Shown here piece after piece: positions 35,701 to 50,700 of a stretch of DNA of 64,000 bases (its first letter is position 1; every line of letters starts with the position of its first letter). Where the stretch lies: the NCBI GenBank assembly GCA_040285825.1, contig JAUPSS010000012.1, positions 186,001 through 250,000 of the forward strand. Reading direction: 5' to 3'. The position numbers and the translations under genes were made by a program. The notes under the pieces were generated by a model. The model searched no databases, was not told where the DNA came from, and was given only the letters and a program-made list of their open reading frames with translations. This DNA is from Eukaryota sp. TZLM1-RC. Its lineage: Eukaryota; Protista; Metamonada: BaSk clade.

Positions 35701-38700
35701 AATCTGTTATACCTACTGAACCACCAAATAAATTGAGAGTTGGTATTAATGAAACCTTTGAATTACCATTAAATTCAACCAAACCATCAACCAAATCAAC
35801 AAATAAAGAATCAACTTGAACATTTTCTTTAAATTCAACATTTCCATTAATGACTTTTACCTTCAACTTAGAAACAAAAGCTTCACCTTGGAAAACAGCA
35901 GAACCAAATGAATCAATAATAATATTTTCAGCAACATCAAGATATCCTGCTACAATTAACTGAGAATTTGAATTATTTAATAATAAAAGAGAATAGCTTT
36001 CTAATGACCCACTTTCTCGAACATTTAGGATGTTATTTAGGTTTAATTTTCCAGGATTTTCTAGTAAAAGATTACCATTCACTATATCAAACTCTTGATT
36101 AAGATCCAAAGTACCATTTCTTATAACAAAATTACCATTATTGACAACTTTGGCATCAATAGAGAGTAGAGCTTCACAGATTTTTTCAACTTTACCATAA
36201 TTACTTACAAATGAATTAGAATCCGAATCTCCAGTAATAATTCCATTTGAATCCAAGTTAATAGTAAATAAACCTTGGTCTGAAACATTAAATTCTCCAT
36301 TAGAATTCAGTACAAAATTTCCAGAATTCCAAACAGCATGACCCTCAATTAAAAGTTTGTGGTTTTCCATAATTAAATCTTCACTACCATCAAATAAACC
36401 TTCTCCTTTAATTATAGTGGATGAATGGGTAGTTTTAGAAATAAGCAAACCACTATTCCAATGATAAAAATCATTTATAACTAGCTCAGTATCACCTGTT
36501 CTTGTTCCTCCATAGTGGTTGAATGTGGCAATATAAAAGTCACCAAAGCATGAATAATCAAGTGTTGAATCTTGAAGTAAATTTAGAGAGGAAAAGTGAC
36601 CATTACATTGACTTAATAATTCAAATTTACAAGAATTGTGTAAATAAACTTCACTTCCCAAGGTAATTAATACTGCATTTTCAGAAACTTTAAACAGAGA
36701 ATTGTCGTAAAAATTAATTAAAGAATTGGATAAATAAACTTCAGAATTACCATCAATTTGGATAAAACTTTCATTATAAAGATTAATTGACTCAATTGAA
36801 GAGATATTGGTAAAATCTGTTATACCTACTGAACCACCAAATAAATTGAGAGTTGGTATTAATGAAACCTTTGAATTACCATTAAATTCAACCAAACCAT
36901 CAACCAAATCAACAAATAAAGAATCAACTTGAACATTTTCTTTAAATTCAACATTACCATTAATGACTTTTACCATCAACTTAGAAACAAAAGCTTCACC
37001 TTGGAAAACAGCAGAACCAAATGAATCAATAATAATATTTTCAGCAACATCAAGATATCCTGCTACAATTAACTGAGAATTTGAATTATTTAATAATAAA
37101 AGAGAATAGCTTTCTAATGACCCACTTTCTCGAACATTTAGGATGTTATTTAGGTTTAATTTTCCAGGATTTTCTAGTAAAAGATTACCATTCACTATAT
37201 CAAACTCTTGATTAAGATCCAAAGTACCATTTCTTATAACAAAATTACCATTATTGACAACTTTTGCATCAATAGAGAGTAGAGATTCACAGTTTTTTTC
37301 AACTTTACCATAATTACTTACAAGTGAATTAGAATCCGAATCTCCGGTAATAATTCCACTTGAATTCAAGTCAATAGTAAATAAACCTTGGTCTGAAACA
37401 TTAAATTCTCCATTAGAATTCAGTACAAAATTTCCAGAATTCCAAACAGTATGACCCTCAATTAAAAGTTTGTGGTTTTCCAAATTTAAATCTTCATTAC
37501 CATCAAATAAACCTTCTCCTTTGATTATAGTGGATGAATGGGTAGTTTTAGAGGTAAGCAACCCACTATTCCAATGATAAAAATCATTTATAACTAGCTC
37601 AGTATCACCTGTTCTTGTTCCTCCATAGTGGTTGAATGTGGCAATATAAAAAGTCACCAAAGCATGAATAATCAAGTGTTGAATCTTGAAGTAAATCTAG
37701 AGAGGAAAAGTGACCATTACATTGACTTAATAATTCAAATTTACAAGAATTGTGTAAATAAACTTCACTTCCCAAAGTAATTAATACTGCATTTTCAGAA
37801 ACTTTAAACAGAGAATTGTCGTAAAAATTAATTAAAGAATTGGATAAATAAACTTCAGAATTACCATCAATTTGGATAAAACTTTCATTATAAAGATTAA
37901 TTGACTCAATTGAAGTGACATTGGCAAAATCTGTTATACCTACTGAACCACCAAATAAATTGAGAGTTGGTATTGATGTAACCTTTGAATTACCATTAAA
38001 TTCAACCAAACCATCAAATACATCAACAAATAAAGAATCAACTTGAACATTTTCTTTAAATTCAACATTACCATTAATAACTTTTACCATCAACTTAGAA
38101 ACAAAAGCTTCACCTTGGAAAACAGCAGAACCAAATGAATCAATAATAAAATTTTCAGCAACATCAAGATATCCTGCTACAATTAATTGAGAGTTTGAAT
38201 TATTTAATAATAAAAGAGAATAACTTTCTAATGACCCACTTTCTCGAACATTTAGGAGATTATTTAGGTTTAATTTTCCAGGATTTTCTAGTAAAAGATT
38301 ACCATTTACTATATCAAACTCTTGATTAAGATCCAAAGTACCATTTCTTATTACAAAATTACCATTATTGACAACTTTGGCATCAATAGAGAGTAGAGAT
38401 TCACAGTTTTTTTCAACTTTACCATAATTACTTACAAGTGAATTAGAATCCGAATCTCCGGTAATAATTCCACTTGAATTCAAGTCAATAGTAAATAAAC
38501 CTTGGTCTGAAACATTAAATTCTCCATTAGAATTCAGTACAAAATTTCCAGAATTCCAAACAGTATGACCCTCAATTAAAAGTTTGTGGTTTTCCAAATT
38601 TAAATCTTCATTACCATCAAATAAACCTTCTCCTTTGATTATAGTGGATGAATGGGTAGTTTTAGAGGTAAGCAACCCACTATTCCAATGATAAAAATCA

Positions 38701-41700
38701 TTTATAACTAGCTCAGTATTACCTGTTCTTGTTCCTCCATGGTGGTTGAATGTGGCAATATAAAAGTCACCAAAGCATGAATAATCAAATGTTGAATCTT
38801 GAAGTAAATTTAGAGAGGAAAAGTGACCATTACATTGACTTAATAATTCAAATTGACAAGAATTGTGTAAATAAACTTCACTTCCCAAAGTAATTAATAC
38901 TGCATTTTCAGAAACTTTAAACAGAGAATTGTCGTAAAAATTAATTAAAGAATTGGATAAATAAACTTCAGAATTACCATCAATTTGGATAAAACTTTCA
39001 TTATGAAGATTAATTGACTCAATTGAAGAGATATTGGTAAAATCTGTTATACCTACTGAACCACCAAATAAATTGAGAGTTGGTATTAATGAAACCTTTG
39101 AATTACCATTAAATTCAACCAAACCATCAACCAAATCAACAAATAAAGAATCAACTTGAACATTTTCTTTAAATTCAACATTACCATTAATGACTTTTAC
39201 CTTCAACTTAGAAACAAAAGCTTCACCTTGGAAACAGCAGAACCAAATGAATCAATAATAATATTTTCAGCAACATCAAGATATCCTGCTACAATTAACT
39301 GAGAATTTGAATTATTTAATAATAAAAGAGAATAGCTTTCTAATGACCCACTTTCTCGAACATTTAGGATGTTATTTAGGTTTAATTTTCCAGGATTTTT
39401 CTAGTAAAAGATTACCATTCACTATATCAAACTCTTGATTAAGATCCAAAGTACCATTTCTTATAACAAAATTACCATTATTGACAACTTTGGCATCAAT
39501 AGAGAGTAGAGCTTCACAGATTTTTTCAACTTTACCATAATTACTTACAAATGAATTAGAATCCGAATCTCCAGTAATAATTCCATTTGAATCCAAGTTA
39601 ATAGTAAATAAACCTTGGTCTGAAACATTAAATTCTCCATTAGAATTCAGTACAAAATTTCCAGAATTCCAAACAGCATGACCCTCAATTAAAAGTTTGT
39701 GGTTTTCCATAATTAAATCTTCACTACCATCAAATAAACCTTCTCCTTTAATTATAGTGGATGAATGGGTAGTTTTAGAAATAAGCAAACCACTATTCCA
39801 ATGATAAAAATCATTTATAACTAGCTCAGTATCACCTGTTCTTGTTCCTCCATAGTGGTTGAATGTGGCAATATAAAAGTCACCAAAGCATGAATAATCA
39901 AGTGTTGAATCTTGAAGTAAATTTAGAGAGGAAAAGTGACCATTACATTGACTTAATAATTCAAATTTACAAGAATTGTGTAAATAAACTTCACTTCCCA
40001 AAGTAATTAATACTGCATTTTCAGAAACTTTAAACAGAGAATTGTCGTAAAAATTAATTAAAGAATTGGATAAATAAACTTCAGAATTACCATCAATTTG
40101 GATAAAACTTTCATTATAAAGATTAATTGACTCAATTGAAGAGATATTGGTAAAATCTGTTATACCTACTGAACCACCAAATAAATTGAGAGTTGGTATT
40201 AATGAAACCTTTGAATTACCATTAAATTCAACCAAACCATCAACCAAATCAACAAATAAAAGAATCAACTTGAACATTTTCTTTAAATTCAACATTACCA
40301 TTAATGACTTTTACCATCAACTTAGAAACAAAAGCTTCACCTTGGAAAACAGCAGAACCAAATGAATCAATAATAATATTTTCAGCAACATCAAGATATC
40401 CTGCTACAATTAACTGAGAATTTGAATTATTTAATAATAAAAGAGAATAGCTTTCTAATGACCCACTTTCTCGAACATTTAGGATGTTATTTAGGTTTAA
40501 TTTTCCAGGATTTTCTAGTAAAAGATTACCATTCACTATATCAAACTCTTGATTAAGATCCAAAGTACCATTTCTTATAACAAAATTACCATTATTGACA
40601 ACTTTTGCATCAATAGAGAGTAGAGATTCACAGATTTTTTCAACTTTACCATAATTACTTACAAGTGAATTAGAATCCGAATCTCCGGTAATAATTCCAC
40701 TTGAATTCAAGTCAATAGTAAATAAACCTTGGTCTGAAACATTAAATTCTCCATTAGAATTCAGTACAAAATTTCCAGAATTCCAAACAGTATGACCCTC
40801 AATTAAAAGTTTGTGGTTTTCCAAATTTAAATCTTCATTACCATCAAATAAACCTTCTCCTTTGATTATAGTGGATGAATGGGTAGTTTTAGAGGTAAGC
40901 AACCCACTATTCCAATGATAAAAATCATTTATAACTAGCTCAGTATCACCTGTTCTTGTTCCTCCATAGTGGTTGAATGTGGCAATATAAAAGTCACCAA
41001 AGCATGAATAATCAAGTGTTGAATCTTGAAGTAAATCTAGAGAGGAAAAGTGACCATTACATTGACTTAATAATTCAAATTTACAAGAATTGTGTAAATA
41101 AACTTCACTTCCCAAAGTAATTAATACTGCATTTTCAGAAACTTTAAACAGAGAATTGTCGTAAAAATTAATTAAAGAATTGGATAAATAAACTTCAGAA
41201 TTACCATCAATTTGGATAAAACTTTCATTATAAAGATTAATTGACTCAATTGAAGTGACATTGGCAAAATCTGTTATACCTACTGAACCACCAAATAAAT
41301 TGAGAGTTGGTATTGATGTAACCTTTGAATTACCATTAAATTCAACCAAACCATCAAATACATCAACAAATAAAGAATCAACTTGAACATTTTCTTTAAA
41401 TTCAACATTACCATTAATAACTTTTACCATCAACTTAGAAACAAAAGCTTCACCTTGGAAAACAGCAGAACCAAATGAATCAATAATAATATTTTCAGCA
41501 ACATCAAGATTTCCTGCTACAATTAACTGAGAATTTGAATTATTTAATAATAAAAGAGAATAACTTTCTAATGACCCACTTTCTCGAACATTTAGGATGT
41601 TGTTCAGGTATAATTTTCCAGGATTTTCAAGTAAAAGATTACCATTTACTATATCAAACTCTTGATTAAGATCCAAAGTACCATTTCTTATTACAAAATT

Positions 41701-44700
41701 ACCATTATTGACAACTTTTGCATCGATAGAGAGTGGAGATTCACAGATTTTTTCAACTTTACCATAATTACTTACAAGTGAATTAGAATCCGAATCTCCA
41801 GTAATAATTCCACTTGAATCCAAGTTAATAGTAAGTAAACCTTGGTCTGAAACATTAAATTCTCCATTAGAATTCAGTACAAAATTTCCAGAATTCCAAA
41901 CAGCATGACCCTCAATAATAAGCTTGTGGTTTTCCAAATTTAAATCTTCATTACCATCAAATAAACCTTCTCCTTTAATTATAGTGGATGAATGGGTAGT
42001 TTTAGAAATAAGCAATCCACTATTCCAATGATAAAAATCATTTATAACTAGCTCAGTATCACCTGTTCTTGTTCCTCCATGGTGGTTGAATGTGGCAATA
42101 TAAAAGTCACCAAAGCATGAATAATCAAGTGTTGAATCTTGAAGTAAATCTAGAGAGGAAAAGTGACCATTACATTGACTTAATAATTCAAATTTACAAG
42201 AATTGTGTAAATAAACTTCACTTCCCAAAGTAATTAATACTGCATTTTCAGAAACTTTAAACAGAGAATTGTCGTAAAAATTAATTAAAGAATTGGATAA
42301 ATAAACTTCAGAATTACCATCAATTTGGATAAAACTTTCATTATAAAGATTAATTGACTCAATTGAAGTGACATTGGCAAAATCTGTTATACCTACTGAA
42401 CCACCAAATAAATTGAGAGTTGGTATCGATGTAACCTTTGAATTACCATTAAATTCAACCAAACCATCAAATACATCAACAAATAAAGAATCAACTTGAA
42501 CATTTTCTTTAAATTCAACATTACCATTAATAACTTTTACCATCAACTTAGAAACAAAAGCTTCACCTTGGAAAACAGCAGAACCAAATGAATCAATAAT
42601 AATATTTTCAGCAACATCAAGATTTCCTGCTACAATTAATTGAGAATTTGAATTATTTAATAATAAAAGAGAATAACTTTCTAATGACCCACTTTCTCGA
42701 ACATTTAGGATGTTATTTAGGTTTAATTTCCCAGGATTTTCTAGTAAAAGATTACCATTTACTATATCAAACTCTTGATTAAGATCCAAAGTACCATTTC
42801 TTATTACAAAATTACCATTATTGACAACTTTTGCATCGATCGAGAGTAGAGATTCACAAATTTTTTCAACTTTACCATAATTACTTACAAATGAATTAGA
42901 ATCCGAATCTCCAGTAATAATTCCACTTGAATCCAAGTTAATAGTAAGTAAACCTTGGTCTGAAACATTAAATTCTCCATTAGAATTCAGTACAAAATTT
43001 CCAGAATTCCAAACAGCATGACCCTCAATAATAAGCTTGTGGTTTTCCAAATTTAAATCCTCATTACCATCAAATAAACCTTCTCCTTTAATTATAGTGG
43101 ATGAATGGGTAGTTTTAGAGGTAAACAATCCACTATTCCAATGATAAAAATCATTTATAACTAGCTCAGTATCACCTGTTCTTGTTCCTCCATGGTGGTT
43201 GAATGTGGCAATATAAAAGTCCCCAAAGCATGAATAATCAAATGTTGAATCTTGAAGTAAATTTAGAGAGGAAAAGTGACCATTACATTGACTTACTAAT
43301 TCAAATTTACCAGAATTGTGTAAATAAACTTCACTTCCCAAAGTAATTAATACTGCATTTTCAGAAACTTTAAACAGAGAATTGTCGTAAAAATTAATTA
43401 AAGAATTGGATAAATAAACTTCAGAATTACCATCAATTTGGATAAAACTTTCATTATAAAGATTAATTGACTCAATTGAAGTGATATTGGCAAAATCTGT
43501 TATACCTACTGAACCACCAAATAAATTGAGAGTTGGTATTAATGAAACCTTTGAATTACCATTAAATTCAACCAAACCATCAAATAAATCAACAAATAAA
43601 AGATCAACTTGAACACTTTCTTTAAATTCAACATTACCATTAATAACTTTTACCATCAACTTAGAAACAAAAGCTTCACCTTGGAAAACAGCAGAACCAA
43701 ATGAATCAATAATAATATTTTCAGCAACAACAAGATTTCCTGCTACAATTAATTGAGAGTTTGAATTATTTAATAATAAAAGAGAATAACTTTCTAATGA
43801 CCCACTTTCTCGAACATTTAGGATGTTGTTCAGGTTTAATTTTCCAGGATTTTCTAGTAAAAGATTACCATTTACAATATCAAACTCTTGATTAAGATCC
43901 GCAGTACCATTTCTTATTACAAAATTACCATTATTGACAACTTTTGCATCAATAGAGAGTAGAGATTCACAAATTTTTTCAACTTTACCATAATTACTTA
44001 CAAGTGAATTAGAATCCGAATCTCCAGTAATAATTCCACTTGAATTCAAGTCAATAGTAAATAAACCTTGGTCTGAAACATTAAATTCTCCATTAGAATT
44101 CAGTACAAAATTTCCAGAATTCCAAACAGCATGGCCCTCAATAATAAGTTTGTGGTTTTCCATAATTAAATCTTCATTACCATCAAATAAACCTTCTCCT
44201 TTGATCATAGTGGATGAATGGGTAGTTTTAGATGTAAGCAAACCACTATTCCACTGATAAAAGTCATTTATAACTAGTTCAGTATCACCTGTTCTTGTTC
44301 CTCCATGGTGGTTGAATGTGGCAATATAAAAGTCACCAAAGCATGAATAATCAAATGTTGAATCTTGAAGTAAATTTAGAGAGGAAAAGTGACCATTACA
44401 ATGACTTAATAATTCAAATTGACAAGAATTGTGTAAATAAACTTCACTTCCCAAAGTAATTAATACTGCATTTTCAGAAACTTTAAACAGAGAATTGTCG
44501 TAAAAATTAATTAAAGAATTGGATAAATAAACTTCAGAATTACCATCAATTTGGACAAAACTTTCATTATAAAGATTAATTGAATCAATTGAAGTGATAT
44601 TGGCAAAATCTGTTATACCTACTGAACCACCAAATAAATTGAGAGTTGGTATTAATGAAACCATTGAATTACCATTAAATTCAACCAAACCATCAAATAA

Positions 44701-47700
44701 ATCAACAAATAAAGAATCAACTTGAACATTTTCTTTAAATTCAACATTACCATTAATAACTTTTACCTTCAACTTAGAAACAAAAGCTTCACCTTGGAAA
44801 ACAGCAGAACCAAATGAATCAATAATAATATTTTCAGCAACATCAAGATATCCTGCTACAATTAATTGAGAATTTGAATTATTTAATAATAAAAGAGAAT
44901 AGCTTTCCAATGACCCACTTTCTCGAACATTTAGGATGTTATTTAGGTTTAATTTTCCAGGATTTTCTAGTAAAAGATTACCAGTCACAATATCAAACTC
45001 TTGATTAAGATCCAAAGTACCATTTCTTATTACAAAATTACCATTATTGACAACTTTGGCATCAATAGAGAGTAGAGATTCACAGATTTTTTCAACTTTA
45101 CCATAATTACTTACAAGTGAATTAGAATCCGAATCTCCAGTAATAATTCCACTTGAATCCAAGTTAATAGTAAGTAAACCTTGGTCTGAAACATTAAATT
45201 CTCCATTAGAATTCAGTACAAAATTTCCAGAATTCCAAGCAGCATGACCCTCAATAATAAGTTTGTGGTTTTCCATAATTAAATCTTCATTACCATCAAA
45301 TAAACCTTCTCCTTTGATCATAGTGGATGAATGGGTAGTTTTAGATGTAAGCAAACCACTATTCCACTGATAAAAGTCATTTATAACTAGTTCAGTATCA
45401 CCTGTTCTTGTTCCTCCATGGTGGTTGAATGTGGCAATATAAAAGTCACCAAAGCATGAATAATCAAATGTTGAATCTTGAAGTAAATTTAGAGAGGAAA
45501 AGTGACCATTACAATGACTTAATAATTCAAATTGACAAGAATTGTGTAAATAAACTTCACTTCCCAAAGTAATTAATACTGCATTTTCAGAAACTTTAAA
45601 CAGAGAATTGTCGTAAAAATTAATTAAAGAATTGGATAAATAAACTTCAGAATTACCATCAATTTGGACAAAACTTTCATTATAAAGATTAATTGAATCA
45701 ATTGAAGTGATATTGGCAAAATCTGTTATACCTACTGAACCACCAAATAAATTGAGAGTTGGTATTAATGAAACCTTTGAATTACCATTAAATTCAACCA
45801 AACCATCAAATAAATCAACAAATAAAGAATCAACTTGAACATTTTCTTTAAATTCAACATTACCATTAATAACTTTTACCTTCAACTTAGAAACAAAAGC
45901 TTCACCTTGGAAAACAGCAGAACCAAATGAATCAATAATAATATTTTCAGCAACATCAAGATATCCTGCTACAATTAATTGAGAATTTGAATTATTTAAT
46001 AATAAAAGAGAATAGCTTTCCAATGACCCACTTTCTCGAACATTTAGGATGTTATTTAGGTTTAATTTTCCAGGATTTTCTAGTAAAAGATTACCAGTCA
46101 CAATATCAAACTCTTGATTAAGATCCAAAGTACCATTTCTTATTACAAAATTACCATTATTGACAACTTTGGCATCAATAGAGAGTAGAGATTCACAGAT
46201 TTTTTCAACTTTACCATAATTACTTACAAGTGAATTAGAATCCGAATCTCCAGTAATAATTCCACTTGAATCCAAGTTAATAGTAAGTAAACCTTGGTCT
46301 GAAACATTAAATTCTCCATTAGAATTCAGTACAAAATTTCCAGAATTCCAAGCAGCATGACCCTCAATTAAAAGTTTGTGGTTTTCCAAATTTAAATCTT
46401 CATTACCATCAAATAAACCTTCTCCTTTAATCATAGTGGATGAATGGGTAGTTTTAGAGGTAAGCAACCCACTATTCCAATGATAAAAATCATTTATAAC
46501 TAGCTCAGTATCACCTGTTCTTGTTCCTCCATAGTGGTTGAATGTGGCAATATAAAAGTCACCAAAGCATGAATAATCAAGTGTTGAATCTTGAAGTAAA
46601 TCTAGAGAGGAAAAGTGACCATTACATTGACTTAATAATTCAAATTTACAAGAATTGTGTAAATAAACTTCACTTCCCAAAGTAATTAATACTGCATTTT
46701 CAGAAACTTTAAACAGAGAATTGTCGTAAAAATTAATTAAAGAATTGGATAAATAAACTTCAGAATTACCATTAATTTGGACAAAACTTTCATTATAAAG
46801 ATTAATTGACTCAATTGAAGTGATATTGGCAAAATCTGTTATACCTACTGAACCACCAAATAAATTGAGAGTTGGTATTAATGAAATCTTTGAATTACCA
46901 TTAAATTCAACCAAACCATCAAATAAATCAACAAATAAAGAATCAACTTGAACATTTTCTTTAAATTCAACATTACCATTGATAACCTTTACCTTCAACT
47001 TAGAAACAAAAGCTTCACCTTGGAAAACAGCAGAACCAAATGAATCAATAATAATATTTTCAGCAACATCAAGATTTCCTGCTACAATTAACTGAGAATT
47101 TGAATTATTTAATAATAAAAGAGAATAACTTTCTAATGACCCACTTTCTCGAACATTTAGGATGTTGTTCAGGTTTAATTTTCCAGGATTTTCTAGTAAA
47201 AGATTACCAGTCACAATATCAAACTCTTGATTAAGATCCACAGTACCATTTCTTATTACAAAATTACCATTATTGACAACTTTGGCATCAATAGAGAGTA
47301 GAGATTCACAGATTTTTTCAACTTTACCATAATTACTTACAAATGAATTAGAATCCGAATCTCCAGTAATAACTCCACTTGAATCCAAGTTAATAGTAAG
47401 TAAACCTTGGTCTGAAACATTAAATTCTCCATTAGAATTCAGTACAAAATTTCCAGAATTCCAAACAGCATGACCCTCAATAATAAGCTTGTGGTTTTCC
47501 AAATTTAAATCTTTATTACCATCAAATATACCTTCTCCTTTAATTATAGTGGATGAATGGGTAGTTTTAGAGGTAAGCAATCCACTATTCCAATGATAAA
47601 AATCATTTATAACTAGCTCAGTATCACCTGTTCTTGTTCCTCCATAGTGGTTGAATGTGGCAATATAAAAGTCACCAAAGCATGAATAATCAAATGTTGA

Positions 47701-50700
47701 ATCTTGAAGTAAATTTAGAGAGGAAAAGTGACCATTACATTGACTTAATAATTCAAATTTACAAGAATTGTGTAAATAAACTTCAATTCCCAAAGTAATT
47801 AATACTGCATTTTCAGAAACTTTAAACAGAGAATTGTCGTAAAAATTAATTAAAGAATTGGATAAATAAACTTCAGAATTACCTTCAATTTGGATAAAAC
47901 TTTCATTATGAAGATTAATTGACTCAATTGAAGTGATATTGGTAAAATCTGTTATACTTACTGAACCACCAAATAAATTGAGAGTTGGTATTGACGAAAT
48001 CTTTGAATTATCATTAAATTCAACCAAACCATCAAATACATCAACAAATAAAGAATCAACTTGAACATTTTCTTTAAATTCAACATTACCATTAATAACT
48101 TTTACCTTCAACTTAGAAACAAAAGCTTCACCTTGGAAAACAGCAGAACCAAATGAATCAATAATAATACTTTCAGCAACATCAAGATTTCCTGCTACAA
48201 TTAATTGAGAGTTTGAATTATTTAATAATAAAAGAGAATAACTTTCCAATGACCCACTTTCTCGAACATTTAGGATGTTATTTAGGTTTAATTTTCCAGG
48301 ATTTTCTAGTGAAAGATTACCATTTACTATATCAAACTCTTGATTAAGATCCAAAGTACCATTTCTTATTACAAAATTACCATTATTGACAACTTTTGCA
48401 TCGATAGAGAGTGGAGATTCACAGATTTTTTCAACTTTACCATAATTACTTACAAGTGAATTAGAATCCGAATCTCCAGTAATAATTCCATTTGAATCCA
48501 AGTTAATAGTAAGTAAACCTTGGTCTGGAACATTAAATTCTCCATTAGAATTCAGTACAAAATTTCCAGAATTCCAAACAGCATGACCCTCAATAATAAG
48601 CTTGTGGTTTTCCAAATTTAAATCTTTATTACCATCAAATAAACCTTCTCCTTTAATTATAGTGGATGAATGGGTAGTTTTAGAAATAAGCAACCCACTA
48701 TTCCAATGATAAAAATCACTTATAACCAACTCAGTATCACCTGTTCTTGTTCCTCCATGGTGGTTGAAATACCGCACCAACAACCCACCATGACTGGAAA
48801 CATCAAGAATACTTTCGCAGGCAATTGAAGCATTAGAAAAGCTGTAATTCCCATCAACACTTCTTAAGGATACCTCTGACACGGGTTGAATTACTAGACT
48901 TATGTCATCACCATTTAAACTATCAGCAGAAATTACAAACTTTGAGTGATTGCTGTGCCAATAATTTCCATTCAATTCAACACTAAAGGCATCAATAAAT
49001 TTCAAAGAAGAGCCAAAGTCCAGATTAAAAACTGAATCAGAGATTGAAACATGGTGGCAGTCAAGAAAGAAAATATTGGAATTTTGACTCAAAATTGTCA
49101 TATTTTCTAAAATGAAATCACAATTGGAAACTGTAAAGTTTGAAAAATTGGTTAAATTCAAAGCCGAATTTGAAACTGAAATTTTGGTTAGCGGTGAACA
49201 CGTCACCAGCACCTGAACTTCTGAACTGACGGTTTCAAAAATCACACTCAACTCTTCAAATGAAACCGACTCAGTTAATTCATATGTTCCAGAGGAAAAC
49301 AAAATTTTCCCTCCATGAGAGAGTCTGGCCACCGCTGTTTTGAATGAGCTGCATGAACCTGCTTGATTGGAACCACAACAAGACTGTTGGCTGGCGTCAA
49401 ATGAAACGTACACCGTGTCTAGGAAAACAATTGGGGAAATTTCAATAATAATTGAAAATTCTGAGTAGACCAAGTCAACAATTTCACAACCTTCTGGCAA
49501 CTCAAATGAAAAATCTCCATTTAATTCGGAAAATTTAAAAAGAGTAAAGTTTGAACCTGGTTCAATCTGAGAAAAGTCCCATTCCAAGTCGATAGAACCT
49601 TCGATACTCAATGTTCCTTCAACAATAATAGTGGGTTTAGAGACAAGATCAATAACAGTAGTTGATGTAGAATGTAATGTAAGGTCTCCATTAACAAACA
49701 AAGTTCCATTAGGTTGAAAAGTGCCATAAACTTTTAAATCACCCCCAATTACACCATTTCCAACCAAAAAAAAGTCAGATGCTATTGATAATACTTCCAC
49801 ATTCAAATTACCAGAATTCAGGGTAATATTACTAAGGAAGCTCGACTGCGTTGTTGGCGAAACATCCATTGTACCAGACACTGCGAGAGACTCATGAAAG
49901 TTGCATAGACTATTATTGGCCGTGACCTTACCAGATACATCGAGAGGGCAATAAACGTCAAAATCATGGGCAAGAATACTAAGCGTACCATGAATCTGCC
50001 CAAAAGAATAACTATCAACTCTTGAGATAGAAACAGTCTCAGAAGTAATAGGTGAATGCTCAGGCTCCGCAAAAACGCCCGAAAAAATGATGGAAAAATC
50101 AAACCCCAAGGTGATGAAGGACCCTGATCTATTTGGAATTAGAACAGGTGATCGATAAATCTCGTGAGTGTGATGTGGCAACCCCAATTGCGAATGCTGG
50201 TTGTCTCCCCAAGCAGCAATACTTCCATTATTGAAGAGAATCATTGAATTATACCCAGATGTCTTGACAGAAACGATGGGTGAAGTCCCAGTGATCCTGA
50301 CAGTGACTGGGTTGTGTCGATTGTGTATATTTCCATCACCAATTTGACCCTAAAATCAGGAAAAAACCAAACCAAACCTTGTTACCCAAACCATATGACT
50401 TTAATGTACCACTGTTGAGAAGGACCAATGTATGGTGAATTCCACAAGAAAATTGGTCTACATCTGACAATCCATTCTCTGTTGGACGACGGCGTGAATG
50501 AGGGTCTGCCAAGCCTAATTGTCTAAGATAAACATGAAAGAAAGAACAAACCCGTAATCATTAGGACCACATACCCATAATTTGTTGGCTGAATCAAGCA
50601 GATGGGAAAACTGAAACCCACAATCTGTGATTAGATCGAAATTAACAACAAACCCAAAGTTTCAATTGATGGTATACCTTCCAAAAGAACTGGGGTAGCA

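Noticed and set aside
30755-48770. CRISPR array or satellite
   Set aside because: The units are 1113-bp in-frame coding repeats with no spacers.
26795-50244. Five separate paralogous genes
   Set aside because: The breaks are single-base or local lesions mid-unit, with no intergenic sequence, only one signal peptide and only one TM.
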